A stretch of DNA of 64,000 nt from Podarcis cretensis. Taxonomy: Eukaryota. This document shows, piece by piece, positions 36,407-48,540 of the stretch. How positions within the stretch are numbered: the stretch's first letter is position 1; each line of letters starts with the position of its first letter. Under the pieces are notes generated by a model that did not search any database, was not told the DNA's origin, and worked only from the letters and a program-made list of their open reading frames with translations. A program made the translations under genes and the position numbers. The DNA lies in contig OX638156.1 in assembly GCA_951804945.1 (NCBI GenBank), positions 66,402,001-66,466,000 of the forward strand, in the 5' to 3' direction.

Positions 36407-37554
36407 GTAAGAATATGTCCCCTCCCTCATGTTTATTTAGTTTATTTATTTGATGGTCTGTTTATTTATTTGATGGTCTTTGATGGTCTGGGAGCTACCG
36501 ACACCTCCTCCTCCCCCACCCCAAATCTATTCTCCTGAACTGAAGATGTGAACTGGGGTGGGAGGATCCCCTAAATTGGGGGAGGGAACTGGTGCCCCCC
36601 TCCAGAAGTTGTTGGACTCCAGCTCTCATTAACCCCAGGCAACAAGGATGATGGGACCTGGAGTCTAGCAACATCTGGAGGGTCTCAACTGAAGCCTTGA
36701 CAGCAACTTTGTTGTTTCCCCCCCCCCTTAGAGCCAGCCTAAATTTGCATCTATATGCATAAATTAGCATATCTGAACTGTATGCAAATATGTGTCATTG
36801 GCCTGTGCCCTGAGTCCATTAAGAGCCTGCCGACATCCCTCTAACGTCAGCCTTTCTCAACCTGTGGGTCCAAGATGTTGTTGGACTATAACTCCCATCA
36901 CCCCTAGCTAGCAAGCCGGAGCTCAGGGATGATGGGAGTTGTAGTCCAACAACATCTGGGGACCCACAGGTTGAGAACTGCTGCTCTTAGTGAAAACCTG
37001 GCCGTTCAGCAAAAGTAGCTTTACTTTTAGTTGTACCCTGAATTTCACACCTCCTCAATGTCCCGGTGCAGTCCGCAGCTCAAAAACAATACATCAGAAC
37101 AGCGAGGCAGTGCTGGGTAGCGGTTAGAGTGCTGGACTAGGATCTGGGAAACTGGGACTCGAATCCATACTCAGCCGTGAAGTCCACTGGGGAACTTGGG
37201 GCCAGTCCCCATCTCTCAGCCCACCCTACCTCACAGGGTTGTTGTGAGGCTATAAGGTGGCAACGTACGCCGCCTTGAGGGAGGAAGATAAGTGTGGCAA
37301 TAAATATGCACGCTTCGAGAGAGGGAATGCATTTCAAACTCTGCCTGCTGTGAGGAAATGCATTTTAAAATAACCATGTAAATGCAAGCTTTGATGTGGG
37401 TTTAAAAATCAGAATTGCAGATGAAGGCGGAAAGCGGATGGAATAGATTCACTGGTGAGAATGCGCAAAAGTGGCCGTGTTCTAGAAATAAACGGATGAG
37501 CGGCTGGGTGTGGGTGGGTGGAGGGGAGGCAAGAAAATCCCATCAGTCCTCACA

Positions 37555-37587
<33 letters not shown>

Positions 37588-37618
37588 CCTCAGGACCTCA
37601 TCTCTGCCTCTCTTTCAG

Positions 37619-37698
37619 ATGGCGGAGCAGTTGATGACCTTGGCCTATGACAACGGCATCAATCTCTTTGACACGGCGGAAGTCTATGCTGCAGGGAA
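37619..37698 (+). CDS. KCNAB2: KCNAB2 exon ([27 protein letters not shown]), AKR catalytic Asp and Tyr
   Basis: tctttcag| acceptor, 80 nt, |gtaggt donor. Beta2-diagnostic residues (beta1 reads VAERLMTIAYESGVNLF). Confidence 0.98.
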
Positions 37699-37830
37699 GT
37701 AGGTGCACCCACCCATTTCTAACACCTCCATCATGCTTTTCTGAGCACTTTCCCATATATTCTGTCTGTCATCCAACCCATGACCCTGCTAGGTAGGCTA
37801 GTCATCCACAACAGGTGGGAAGGGGACTGA

Positions 37831-38238
37831 GTACATTGGCTCCCAGTACGTTTCCAAGCACAATTCAAAGTGTTGGTGCTGACCTTTAAAGCCCTAAACG
37901 GCCTCGGTCCAGTATACCTGAAGGAGCGTCCCCACCCCCATCGTTCTACCCAGACACTGAGGTCCAGCACCGAGGGCCTTCTGGCTATTCCCTCACTGCA
38001 AGAAGCCAAGTTACAGGGAACCAAGCAGAGGGCCTTCTTGTTAGTGGCGCCCTACCTGTGGAACGCCCTCCCACCAGATGTCAAAGAGAACAACTACCAG
38101 ACTTTTAGAAGACATCTGAAGGCAGCCCTGTTTAGGGAAGCTTTTAGTGTCTGATATATTGCAGTATTTTAATATTTTTTTGGAAGCCACCCAGAGTGGC
38201 TGGGGAAGCCCAGCTAGATGGGTGGGGTATAAATAATA

Positions 38239-38276
<38 letters not shown>
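37831..38276 (+). mobile_element. L2-clade LINE 3' fragment with (TAT)n tail
   Basis: Encodes HWLPVRFQAQFKVLVLTFKALNGLGPVYLKER...LRSS...APYLWNALP, typical of the L2 ORF2 C-terminus. Confidence 0.85.
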
Positions 38277-38850
38277 GAATAAGAGACAGCAGCCTATCTG
38301 AGGCCACCTGGTGAGTCCGCAGCCATTCCATCTTCAACCCCCAACCCCACACCAGAAAGCCATTGCAAGCATCCCCACTTCCACCTGTGACTCCTCAAAA
38401 GCAAGCAGTCCTTGCTGCTACTGTTTCTCAGCTTCCGGTGTGGTTGGATCAGTCAGTTTTGCAGAACACCAAGGAAGGCTGCCTATTTTTTCCCCCACCC
38501 ATGAGTCCGTTTTACAGAGCTTCCTCCTTCTAATCACATGGCCAACTTAGAACAGGGATTCATGCAGAGACATTGTGGGGCAGCTCCTCTGAAAGCAGGT
38601 AACTTTATATGTTGGCACTCCAAAAATAAAACTTTGAAGGTCTAAGAGTAAAATGCATCCCCAATTTCAGTTCAGAAAGTCCAATAACTGAGGGAATACT
38701 AGCTTAAGCCTTGATTATTATTTTCTCCCCCTATGAGGGGTTGTGTCCTGGCACCAAAATACATTTTGGCTGCACTCACTGTAGCAAGCTTGACTTCATT
38801 TCTGTATGAGTCTAATGGTCACATTTTCTTTCTCTTTCTGTGTCTTGTAG

Positions 38851-38895
38851 GGCTGAAGTCGTGTTAGGGAATATCATTAAGAAAAAAGGATGGAG
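38851..38895 (+). CDS. KCNAB2: KCNAB2 exon (AEVVLGNIIKKKGW/R)
   Basis: tcttgtag| acceptor, 45 nt, |gtaact donor. Confidence 0.97.
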
Positions 38896-39289
38896 GTAAC
38901 TGTTCTTCTTCAGACCACATCTCAACCCCATTTCATCTTGTGGTTATTCCTGTTGTCTCTGTATGCTTTAACATGCTTTAACCCGCCACTGTGTTCAAGA
39001 ACCCATGTGGACTAGAAACTTTAAACAAAATTCATGTCATAATCAAAATGAGACATGTTTATTTCATGAAAGCTATTTGCTGCTTGACAGTAAAACGAAA
39101 GCAGGGAGCAGTATGTCACCACACTGTATTTCACAGTGCCATCTATCAACAGCCCCATGAACTGCAGAATGTGACAACAGCCTTAGGTTTTTATTTATAT
39201 AGCAAGATACATAGGCCAAATCCCAGATCCTTACATTTTTGACCACCGAAACAATCACAACAGATACGTTTATACATTGTCTGCAGGAT

Positions 39290-39311
39290 GGTGTGTGTGT
39301 GTGTGTGTGTG

Positions 39312-39350
<39 letters not shown>

Positions 39351-39351
39351 T
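39290..39351. repeat. (GT)n(TTTA)n microsatellite
   Basis: Seen directly. Confidence 0.95.
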
Positions 39352-39597
39352 TGCATTTCTAACCCACCCTTCCTCTCAAAGGAGTCCAGGGTAGTGCTAC
39401 TACACCTTTTCTCATCACAGTCTTGCTCAGGATACTTGACAGATAATTTGCCAAATGCGTCAGAAGACTGTCTTAATCCTTCTCAGATTTTACTTTGGGT
39501 GGAGGGGAACTTCAGGATGGTGGTGAATGCATTAAGGAGACTTACCTTTATCCATCACACATCCATTCTCTCCCCCCTTCCTCCACTCTCCTTGCAG

Positions 39598-39642
39598 ACG
39601 TTCCAGCCTGGTGATAACAACCAAAATCTTCTGGGGAGGAAA
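39598..39642 (+). CDS. KCNAB2: KCNAB2 exon (RSSLVITTKIFWGG/K), AKR catalytic Lys
   Basis: ccttgcag| acceptor, 45 nt, |gtacgt donor. Confidence 0.97.
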
Positions 39643-40041
39643 GTACGTAAGCGTTTCAACCACCCTGCTTGTGTGCCATTTGAGTGAGGAAATTCAGGAA
39701 TATCTGGCGGGCAGTGGAGGGCCAGGGGACTTTGACTGGTTTCAGAAAGGGGGACTGATCCTTAGAATTAGGGATTCACTTTTCAAGCATCATCCACCCA
39801 CAGTTTCCTTTTGAGGAAAGGGAGTGTGCCTCTGAGCATGGAGAGAGTGCCATTCCCCCTTCCATCCTCCCTAACTGGTATACGATTTTTTGGGATGAAA
39901 GATCAGCATTTCTGGATAGCCTCAGAGGGCAGTTAGTTTCAGCTCCTCTCTTTCTAAATAGTCATCTTTGCATAGCACAAGTTAACGATTTCGGCTACAT
40001 CAGTCTTCTAACTTCAGTCTTTCCTCCTTCTCCTACCCCAG

Positions 40042-40085
40042 AGCCGAGACGGAGAGAGGACTCTCAAGAAAGCACATTATAGAAG
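40042..40085 (+). CDS. KCNAB2: KCNAB2 exon (AETERGLSRKHIIE/G)
   Basis: accccag| acceptor, 44 nt, |gtaaga donor. Confidence 0.97.
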
Positions 40086-40179
40086 GTAAGATGAAGCCAA
40101 ACTGCTGGGCACTTAACAATTAACCCAGTGGGTGTTCCCTGGAAGAGACCTCTTTCCCAAATCTAGCGCTCTCCAGATA

Positions 40180-40945
40180 TTTGATTAATTTATTTATAAA
40201 CATATTTATATGCTGATGTTCATAAAATAAAATAAAAAGCGTATCAGAGGAATTTACAGCACTTATATTTAAAATCATATAATAGAAACATCTAAAAAGC
40301 TAAAATCAGCTGTTACAGAACAGAAAGATGTACCGTATATACTCGAGTATAAGCCGACTTTTTCAGCACATTTTTTTTTATGCTGAAAAAGCCCCCCTTG
40401 GCTTATACTCGAGTGAGGGTCATTTTGGGCTGCTCCTTCTTCCTCCGCCGCTGCTGCCACCACCAGGTTTGTGGTGTGGTAAACCGGCTTATACTCGAGT
40501 CAATAAGTTTTCCCAATAAGTTTCAATAAGTTTTCCCAATTTTTTGTGGTAAAATTAGGCGCCTCGGCTTATATTCTGGTCGGCTTATACTCGAGTATAT
40601 ACAGTATTCTTAATTGCCTGCATATTTGCCTGATGCAATAGAAGAGTTTTCATCAGGCATTTCATAGGTTAAAACAGAAGGTGCTTGCTGAATCTCCAGT
40701 GGCAGGGAGTTCCACATGACTGATGACACTGAAGGATGTGTTTCTTGTTGTTGTTGAGTAAGCCCTGCCAATCCGGTTGACCAACAAAGCTCCTGCAGAT
40801 GATCTCAGTGATGGAGCGGGGATACAAAGGTTCAGGCGGTCCTTGAGGTCCCCTGGGTGGAAGTTCTTCAGGGCTTTGTAGATGAATATAAGGACCTTGA
40901 ATCTCGCTCTGTAGGAGACGGGCAGCCTTACAAGCAACCCAGGGG
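40180..40945 (-). mobile_element. L2-clade LINE 3' fragment (interrupted by MITE 40333-40604)
   Basis: Minus-strand LPVSYRARFKVLIFIYKALK...LKDRL...SLRSS. Confidence 0.75.
40333..40604. mobile_element. Tc1/mariner MITE
   Basis: TA|CCGTATATACTCGAGTATAAGCCGA ... TCGGCTTATACTCGAGTATATACAG|TA; internal CTTATACTCGAG repeats. Confidence 0.88.
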
Positions 40946-41194
40946 ACACCACTGCCTGTCACCTTCCCAACAGAACTGTAGTCCATCCTCCTGTATTGCA
41001 GGGATCACCTTTTAGTGATCAGCCTCCTTATCAGTCTCCGTATTGCTCTTGTAGAACTCAGCAAGCAGGGAGAAGGATGGGTCCACAAACAGGATTAGTT
41101 GGCTCTGCCTCTACTTGGCTCTGGCGCCACCTGCTGTTGGGCTCCCTGGACTTCCACCCTACCAGTCCCAATGGGTGATGGCTACCACTATGAA

Positions 41195-41539
41195 GACGCA
41201 GGTGGCACTGTGGGTTAAACCACAGAGCCTACGACTTGCCGATCAGGAGGTCGGCGGTTCGAATCCCCGCGACAGGGTGAGCTCCCATTGCTCAGTCCCT
41301 GCTCCTGCCAACCTAACAGTTCGAAAGCATGTCAAAGTGCAAGTAGATAAATAGGTAAAGGAAGGTAAACGGTGTTTCCGTGCGCTGCTCTGGTTCGCCA
41401 GAAGTGGCTTAGTCATGCTGGACACATGACCCGGAAGCTGTACGCCGGCTCCCTCGGCCAATAAAGAGAGATGAGCGCTGCAACCCCAGAGTCGGCCACG
41501 ACTGGACCTAATGGTCTGGGGTCCCTTTACCTTTACCTT
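41195..41539 (+). mobile_element. Sauria SINE
   Basis: TSD TACCACTATGAA at 41183-41194 and 41540-41551. Confidence 0.93.
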
Positions 41540-43642
41540 TACCACTATGAAAATGTTAGTTTATAGGGCGAGATGCCCTTCTGGTGCTGGGACACTGCAG
41601 CTTCCATCAGCCCCAGCCAGCATGACCATGTGACATGGAGGCTGATGGGAGTTGTAGTCCAAAACACCTGGAGGGCCCCAGGTTGGGAAAGACTCCCCTG
41701 TGGTGTGTTTTGGTATTTCCACTTGGTGTTTGAGTTGCCCTTGTAGAGGTCAGCTAAGGATAGTGGAGAATTTCAGTTCAGTTCTATTCATGCTCTCCAA
41801 AACAATGCAAAAACTGAAACACACCTGACTTTTGAAAATCACACTGCTCCAAATGTTGTTCCTCTAGCCGGGTCATATCAACAGAAATGTATATCCCGGG
41901 GTAAATGCATATATTGGAGAAAATGCAAAAATGCACCCTACTAGGGAAAATCGCTTTGTAAAATGTGCCAGTGCGGTGTAACCGTTAGCGTGTCGGACTA
42001 GGACCTGGGAGAGACCAGGGTTCAAATCCCCACTCAGCCATGAAGTGCACTCAGCCTGACCTACCTCACAGGGTTGTTGTGGGGGCTAAATGAGGAGGGG
42101 AAGAACCAAGAATGCCACCTTGAGCTCCTTGGAGAAATATAAATGCATTAAATAAATAAATGTGCAAAATCTCATACAAAAATGTGGGGCTAGGGCTGCA
42201 GCTCAATAGTAGAGCAGACTCTTTGCATTCAGAAGGTCTGGGCTAAGACTTCCTGCCTGAAACCCTGGAGAGCTGCTGCCAGTCAGTGCAGACAATACTG
42301 GGCTAGGCTCAGCATACTGGCAGCATAAGGCAGCTGCTTGTGTCCCTAGCTGTTATAAAGCAACAAGAGTTCGTTTACACACCCCACCTGCCCAATTGGA
42401 TATGCCATATCCCCCCCCTTGTTATTTTTAAGCAGAGACTGGCTGACCCCAGTGCCTTTTTTTTTTTTAATCGATACCCTCAATTACAAAACAAAGCACG
42501 CAGAGGCACCAGCAGTAGATATTTTGCACTGGAAGGCTTAAGCTTTGTGGAATCCAGATGCAATTAAAAATATTAAAATATTGTATAATGGGTGACGTTA
42601 ATTCTTGCCCTAATTCTTTAATGAACGTTGGCCATTTGAAACAGGGTTGTCTGTCATTGATTGCTGGCTACGAATAGAGTTTACAGGGAAACATATGAGG
42701 GGCCAGAAAGTAGGGAGCTGGGGTTGTATCCCCCAGTTTGTATGGGGTGGCGGCGACCACCCTTGTTCTGCAAATGTGTGGGGACTGTGGTGCTTTCAAT
42801 GGGGCCAACTCCAGAGGGTGGTGCATTCACCAAATCGCTGTCAATTTCTCTCTTTGTATGTATGCCCCATGTCTCCAGGGTGAGATATGGAGCATCGAGG
42901 TGCCTGCAAGCGAACCCTTGAAGGCAGAGAGAAAGAGGAAAGAGGTGGCAGAGACTCGAGGGACATTTGCGTCATGCATTTAAAGCATTGCAATATCACA
43001 TGGCTTCCCTCAAAGAATTCTGGGAGCTGCAGTTTGTGAACGGTACTGCTGAGAGTTGTTAGGAGACCACCCCATAATTCCCTTCCCTGAGTTCCCAGAG
43101 TTCCCTGGGAAAGAGGGATTGATTGTGAAACCACTCTGGGAATCATATCTTTGTGAGGGGAATAGGGGCCACCTCGCAACTCTTGAGCACCCTTAACAAA
43201 CTACAGCTCCCAGAATTCTTTAGGGGGAGCCATGGCTGTTGAAAGTGGTATTATAGAGCTTCAAAAGTGTTGCCTTGCACAGCTCCAAGAACCCTTTCAA
43301 AGGCACCTACCAGAGAGGTTATAGAACAGGGGTGATTCCAGAGCCACCTTCCATATAAAGCGCTATGATACCACTTTTAATCCCTTTTCAGAAGGAACTG
43401 CAGTTCTGTGAGGGGAATACTGGTGGGGGTGGGGTCCTCCTTAACAAACTACAGCCCCCAGAATCCTTTGGGGGATGTTGTGGCTGTTTAAAGCATTACC
43501 ATAGTGCATTAAATGTATGTGCAAATGCAGCCTTGATGGTCTGCTGGCTGGCTCCACAGGCCACCTAATGAAGAAGATGATCTTGCAGTGCCCAGTGTAG
43601 GCCTTTTTCTCTGACACGTTTGTTTTCTGCCTCCCCCTGCAG

Positions 43643-43729
43643 GCCTGAAGGCTTCGCTAGAACGGCTGCAGCTGGAATACGTGGACGTGGTGTTTGCTAA
43701 TCGGCCAGACCCCAACACGCCCATGGAAG
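43643..43729 (+). CDS. KCNAB2: KCNAB2 exon ([29 protein letters not shown])
   Basis: ccctgcag| acceptor, 87 nt, |gtaggt donor; contains the Kv-beta Asn of FANRP. Confidence 0.98.
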
Positions 43730-44615
43730 GTAGGTGTGGCTGCCGCGTTTTGCTTTCTCTCTCAGAGCACCAGTCTCTTCAAGGTGGAACCCTGCAGTCC
43801 TTGACCACGGCAAGGGAAGAGATCCATGTTTGCCAAACGTCAGCTAGAAGAGGCACTGTCCTCCCTATTTTCCCTTCCACACATTGATTTCTCGTACCTG
43901 AAAGGATCTACAGGTCCATTCCCATGTGTCTACAGGAGTCCCTCTTCCCTCAGAATGGAAGGAGGCATGGCCAGAGCAATGACTGATGCAGAGATGCAAC
44001 AGGCAGCTTCCTCTGAGGGCAGGTAAGTCCTGCTGCATCTCTGACTTGAGAGTGATTGGATGATCCAGTTGCAGCTGATGGAGAGAGGAGGCTGCCCCAA
44101 GCAGAGAATAGTTGAAACAGTACCAAGCCAGAGCAATGAATCCTGCAGGGGCACACCGGGCAGCCTCCCCTGAGGGCAGGTAAATCAGCTTCTTCTTACC
44201 TAAGGAGAAATTGATGCTTTCACACCTGATTCAAGGATGAGGGCGATTACCTGCCTCCAGAAGAGACTGAAAGGCAGCAAGGCCAGAACTGAAAATCATG
44301 CAGAGATGCAGCAGGCTGCCTCCTCTGTCAGCGGGCGAGGACACTAGGCTCACAGAAACTTCAGTTAATTTATTCCTGCCAGGATAAAATCACTGAAGGT
44401 TTTTAAAATGAGCTGTAACACCTCTGCAGATTCGGAAGGATTCCCACCCACGCCAAAGAACCACAGATTTCACCCATTCAGGAGACCTTGAAAAAATATC
44501 CCATTATCTCGGTTTCTGCTTAGTTATCTGTGACAAGGGCCCCTGTGCATTTACACAGTCATTTGGAGAATCATGGAATTGTAGAGTTTAAAGGAATCCC
44601 AGGGGTCATCTAGGT

Positions 44616-44751
44616 CAGTGTTTCCCAACCTTGGGCCTCCAGCTGTTTTTGAATTACAATTCCCATTATCCCTGACCACTGGTCTTGCTAGCTAGGGATG
44701 ATGGGAGTTGTAGTCCGAAAACAGCTGGAGGCCCAAGGTTGGGGAACACTG
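44616..44751. mobile_element. Short palindromic hAT MITE
   Basis: 8-bp TSD ATCTAGGT; near-perfect fold-back. Relatives at 10666-10800, 36848-36983, about 48115-48205 and 58136-58273. Confidence 0.85.
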
Positions 44752-45421
44752 ATCTAGGTCCACCCCTTCCAATGCATGAACCACAGTGAAAGAATCCCTG
44801 ACAGGTGGCCATCCAACCTCTGCTGAAAAACCTCCAACAAAAGGGAGCCCACCGCTTCCCAAGGTAGCCCCTTCCACTGCTGAACAGCACTTAACCGTCA
44901 GAAATTTCTTCCTAATGTTTTGCTGTAATGTTGACATTTGAATGAATTGGCTTAGGTCCCAGCCTCTGGAGTAGCAGGCAACAAGTTTGCTCCATCTTCC
45001 ATGTGACAACCCTTCAGATACTTCAAGGTGGATATCACATCACCTCTCAGTCGCCCCTTCTCCAGGCGAAACATATCCAACTTGTAAATGCACTCGTAAA
45101 ACCCAGTGAATTTCCCACTCTGCCTTGGAAAGCCTCAGTTCCTTGCCAATCTGGTTGCCTTGTTAAGGATCTCAACTCTGTTACCCGTTTTCTGCCTTCT
45201 GTGTGTGTGTGTATATGTGTTTGTGTATGTATTTGATTTTGAACTCGTGCATTTCCATGTTTCCGTGTGAGATACTGTCTTCTATTTCCATAACAATACA
45301 GTGCATCGTAGAGAAGCAGGGAAACCTTTCTTGAGCCAAGTGCCACATTAGCTCAGCTAAGAGCTGCCAGGGGCCACATTCCAATAGTATGTGGTTCTGG
45401 CCCTGCATAAAATTACCTGCT

Positions 45422-45446
45422 TCTCTCTCTCTCTCTCTCTCTCTCC

Positions 45447-45480
<34 letters not shown>
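45422..45480. repeat. (TC)n(CA)n(GA)n compound microsatellite
   Basis: Seen directly. Confidence 0.95.
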
Positions 45481-46429
45481 ATTCCACATACACAAAGCTG
45501 TTTCTTGTTGAATCAGCGGCAAGTAAATCACACACCACTGAACAGCAAGCCATGCCCTATGGCTGCTTAAAGCCTCAAAATGCCATTGCGTCCCCCCAAA
45601 AAATGCATGCAGTTGCAAATTGCATGGACTATGCATTTGCAAGGAACACAAGTCCCCTAAGGGATTTCCCCCTCTTCTTTTATCTTCTCGCAGCAGGAGC
45701 TGCAATTGCGCATTTGACACAGTCCTTTTCACATTGGGAAATGCCCCAACAAACAGCTGGTAGATGAAATTTGGAGCATATCTAGACAGCAGGCCAGGGT
45801 GAGCAGGGACTGTTCCCTTTAAAAAGAAACATTTATCCATGATATGATACTTATTCAACAGAGCCATACAACAACCCTGGCAGGGAGATCAACCTCAGAG
45901 GTATTGATTGGTCCCAGGCTATCCCAGGAAACTTCCTGTGTGAGCCAAAATTCAAGCTTCAGGTTTTAAGAGTTGTGGGTTTCAAGAGGGGTGGAATAAA
46001 AACAAGGTCTTGGGGAGTAGAGATTGACAGTGAGGAAAACTGAAACAGCTCTTGAGTGGCATTTTCAATCCAGAGTGATCCTCAGTGCTTTTTGCTTTGC
46101 TTTGCTTTTTTTGGTAGTACGGGCCGGTACACAGTATCGCCCAGCTTTGGGAAGGAGGCAGGAGGGTTGCAGGATTCTGTCAGATCCTCACACCTCCTTC
46201 CCAAAGCCTGGGGAACTTCTGCCTGGCTTAGGGAGGGAGGCACAATGCTCTGGAAGGGTCCAAGAGCCCTCCCTTGTTTGATGACTGCCGGCACCTTTCT
46301 GTCTAGAAAAAAAAACCACTGGCTACTACTTAATATCACAATTTGCTCTCCCTCAGGGCTTCTAATTTTCTGTGGAAGAGTGTTGGTTCCAGGGGTGGGC
46401 AGTTTCACCTTCAAAATGATTGGAAGTTC

Positions 46430-46650
46430 ATGGAGGAGAGGCTATCAGTGGCTATTAGCCACAATGGCTATGCTCTGCCTCCAGAGTTGGAGGCAGCAAT
46501 GCTTCTGAGTGCCAATTGCTGGAAACGGCAGGAGGGGAGAGGGCTCTTGTGCTTGGATCCTGCTTGGGACATCTGATTGGCCACTGTGAGAGCAGGATGC
46601 TAGATTGGATAGGCCACTGGCCTGATCTAGCAAGCTCTTCTTACTTTCTT
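46430..46650. repeat. Dispersed CR1-like terminal repeat (aagagcctgctggatcaggcc...catctagtccagcatcctg family)
   Basis: Recurrent at about 2040-2220, 17530-17615, 19670-19885, 24970-25270, 50020-50165 and 56170-56300, in both orientations. Confidence 0.6.
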
Positions 46651-47399
46651 CGGATGATGACCCCCATACCTCTGACACATCCGGCAGTTTTTTTTATTTT
46701 CCGAGCTTAAAAAGGAGGTGCGGGTTTATCAGTCTTGCACTCGACCTAAAAAGGGTTTGCTCCAAGAGTAGGGAAGAGTAAGTGCTTCTGCATGAGTCAC
46801 TGTCCTCATTCCCCCTTTTCCCACATTATGGCATGAAAACTCAGCCCATATGCTCCATCAGTAGTTTATTGCAGCAGTGAGACTGAGCTGTGGCCATCAA
46901 GGGCATGTTGGACTCCAGCTCCCATCATGCCTGACCATTAAGCATGCTGGCTTCAGGGGCCAATAGGAATTCAACAATGCCTGGAGGGAGGGGAGCCCAG
47001 GTTCCCTGTCCCTGGTTTCCAACAAGACTCACACAGTATGGAGTGAATTGGATGACAAAATACGTTTGATTGGTGCTTTCACTGTCACACTTAATGCTTA
47101 CAACAACCCGCAAGGTAAGTCGGTGTAATGGTTTCCCATTTTGCAGATGTGGGGACTGAGGCTGCAAGAAAGTGTGTGTGTTGTTTTGTGTGTGTGCGAG
47201 CGTGCCGAATGCCCCTGAGTGACTATGGCAAAAATAAGGAGCTTCCTGACTCCTGGCTGCACAAACCACCACACCAGCTCCCTTTGGTGGGAAGTAACCA
47301 CCAAATCCCTGTCTTGGGCGCGAAAGACAAGGATGGTTGTCACCCCAAGTCCTTCCTGACCACGACAATAGGATCCACAGCAGTTGCTGAATCACCTGA

Positions 47400-47736
47400 G
47401 TCAGGTTCACCCCGTGCATTTTAAAGCACTGTGATGCTGCTTTAAAGGAGTCGTAGCTTCCCCCAAAGAATCCTGGGAACTGTAGTTTGTTAAGGGTGCT
47501 GAGAGTCATCAGGAGACCTCTGTTCCCCTCCCAGAGCTACGATTCCCAGAGTGGTTCCACATCAATCCCTCTTTACAGAGAACTGTGGGAATTGTAGTTC
47601 TGGAAGGGAGGACTAGGGGTCTCCTAACAGCTCCCAGCACCCTTAACAAACTACAGTTCCCGGGAGTCTTTGGGGAAAACCATGGCTGTTTGAAGGGGTA
47701 GCGCAGTGCTTTACATGTGTGATGTGAATGTGACCT
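47400..47736. repeat. Long imperfect palindromic repeat (MITE-like)
   Basis: Arms gggaactgtagtttgttaagggtgctg / cagcacccttaacaaactacagttccc. Relatives at about 30240-30445, 42960-43270 and 43340-43530. Confidence 0.75.
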
Positions 47737-48540
47737 TGGTGCCTGGTTAGAGAATTTAAAACAGGGGTAGCTAACCCTTTTTTGACCCAATGGCCATATT
47801 CACCTCCCATAGAGGTGGGGGGGCATTGTCTACATGCTAGCAGTGGGTTGCCTAGGACTGGGTGTCACTAACCCACCCAGCCCAGGCACACAAACAGGGG
47901 GCACAACAGCTGCTGCTGCCCTCAGCTGATCCATGCAGATGAGCTGAAGAGGAGACTGTGTCGCCCCTCTCTCCGTTCATGAAACGATTGATCCAATGGA
48001 TCCAATGACCGGGGGTGGTCTCATCAGGCTCCTGGGCTCTGCCCAACCCCAGCACTGCATCTGCCTTTGTTTTTCTTCATTTTGTAGAATCAGAGAGTTG
48101 TAGAGTTCGAAGGGGTTTTTTGGACTACAATCTCCATCATCCCTGATCACTGCTAGCTAAGCATGATGGGAGTTGTAGTCCAAAAAATAGATGGAGACCC
48201 AAGATGAACCAAACCTCTTGCGATGCAGGAATCACAGCTATTGATGCAATCACTGCCAAAATCAGTGGGGTGGCAGGGGATGGGGTGAGGGGATGCCCCC
48301 AGACTGGAGGTTAACCACTCCTGGTTTAAAGTTCCCTTTGGGTGAGGATCTGTCATCCTGAGACTGGGAAGGGCAGTCTTGACTTTTGCAAAGGAAAAGG
48401 GGAGCTTGGAGGGTGGTGGTGGAAGGGGCAACGAGTCTCATCCTTTGCCCAGATTCCCCTTATGTTGTACACCATGCCTTGCGATACGCCAGCGGCAGCT
48501 GTAAACTCTGGTCTCTCTTAAATCTTTCTTTTATCACCAG

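Noticed and set aside
45181-45867. 228 aa minus-strand ORF
   Set aside because: Runs through microsatellites (SLSL, CVCV, RERE); no recognisable domain.
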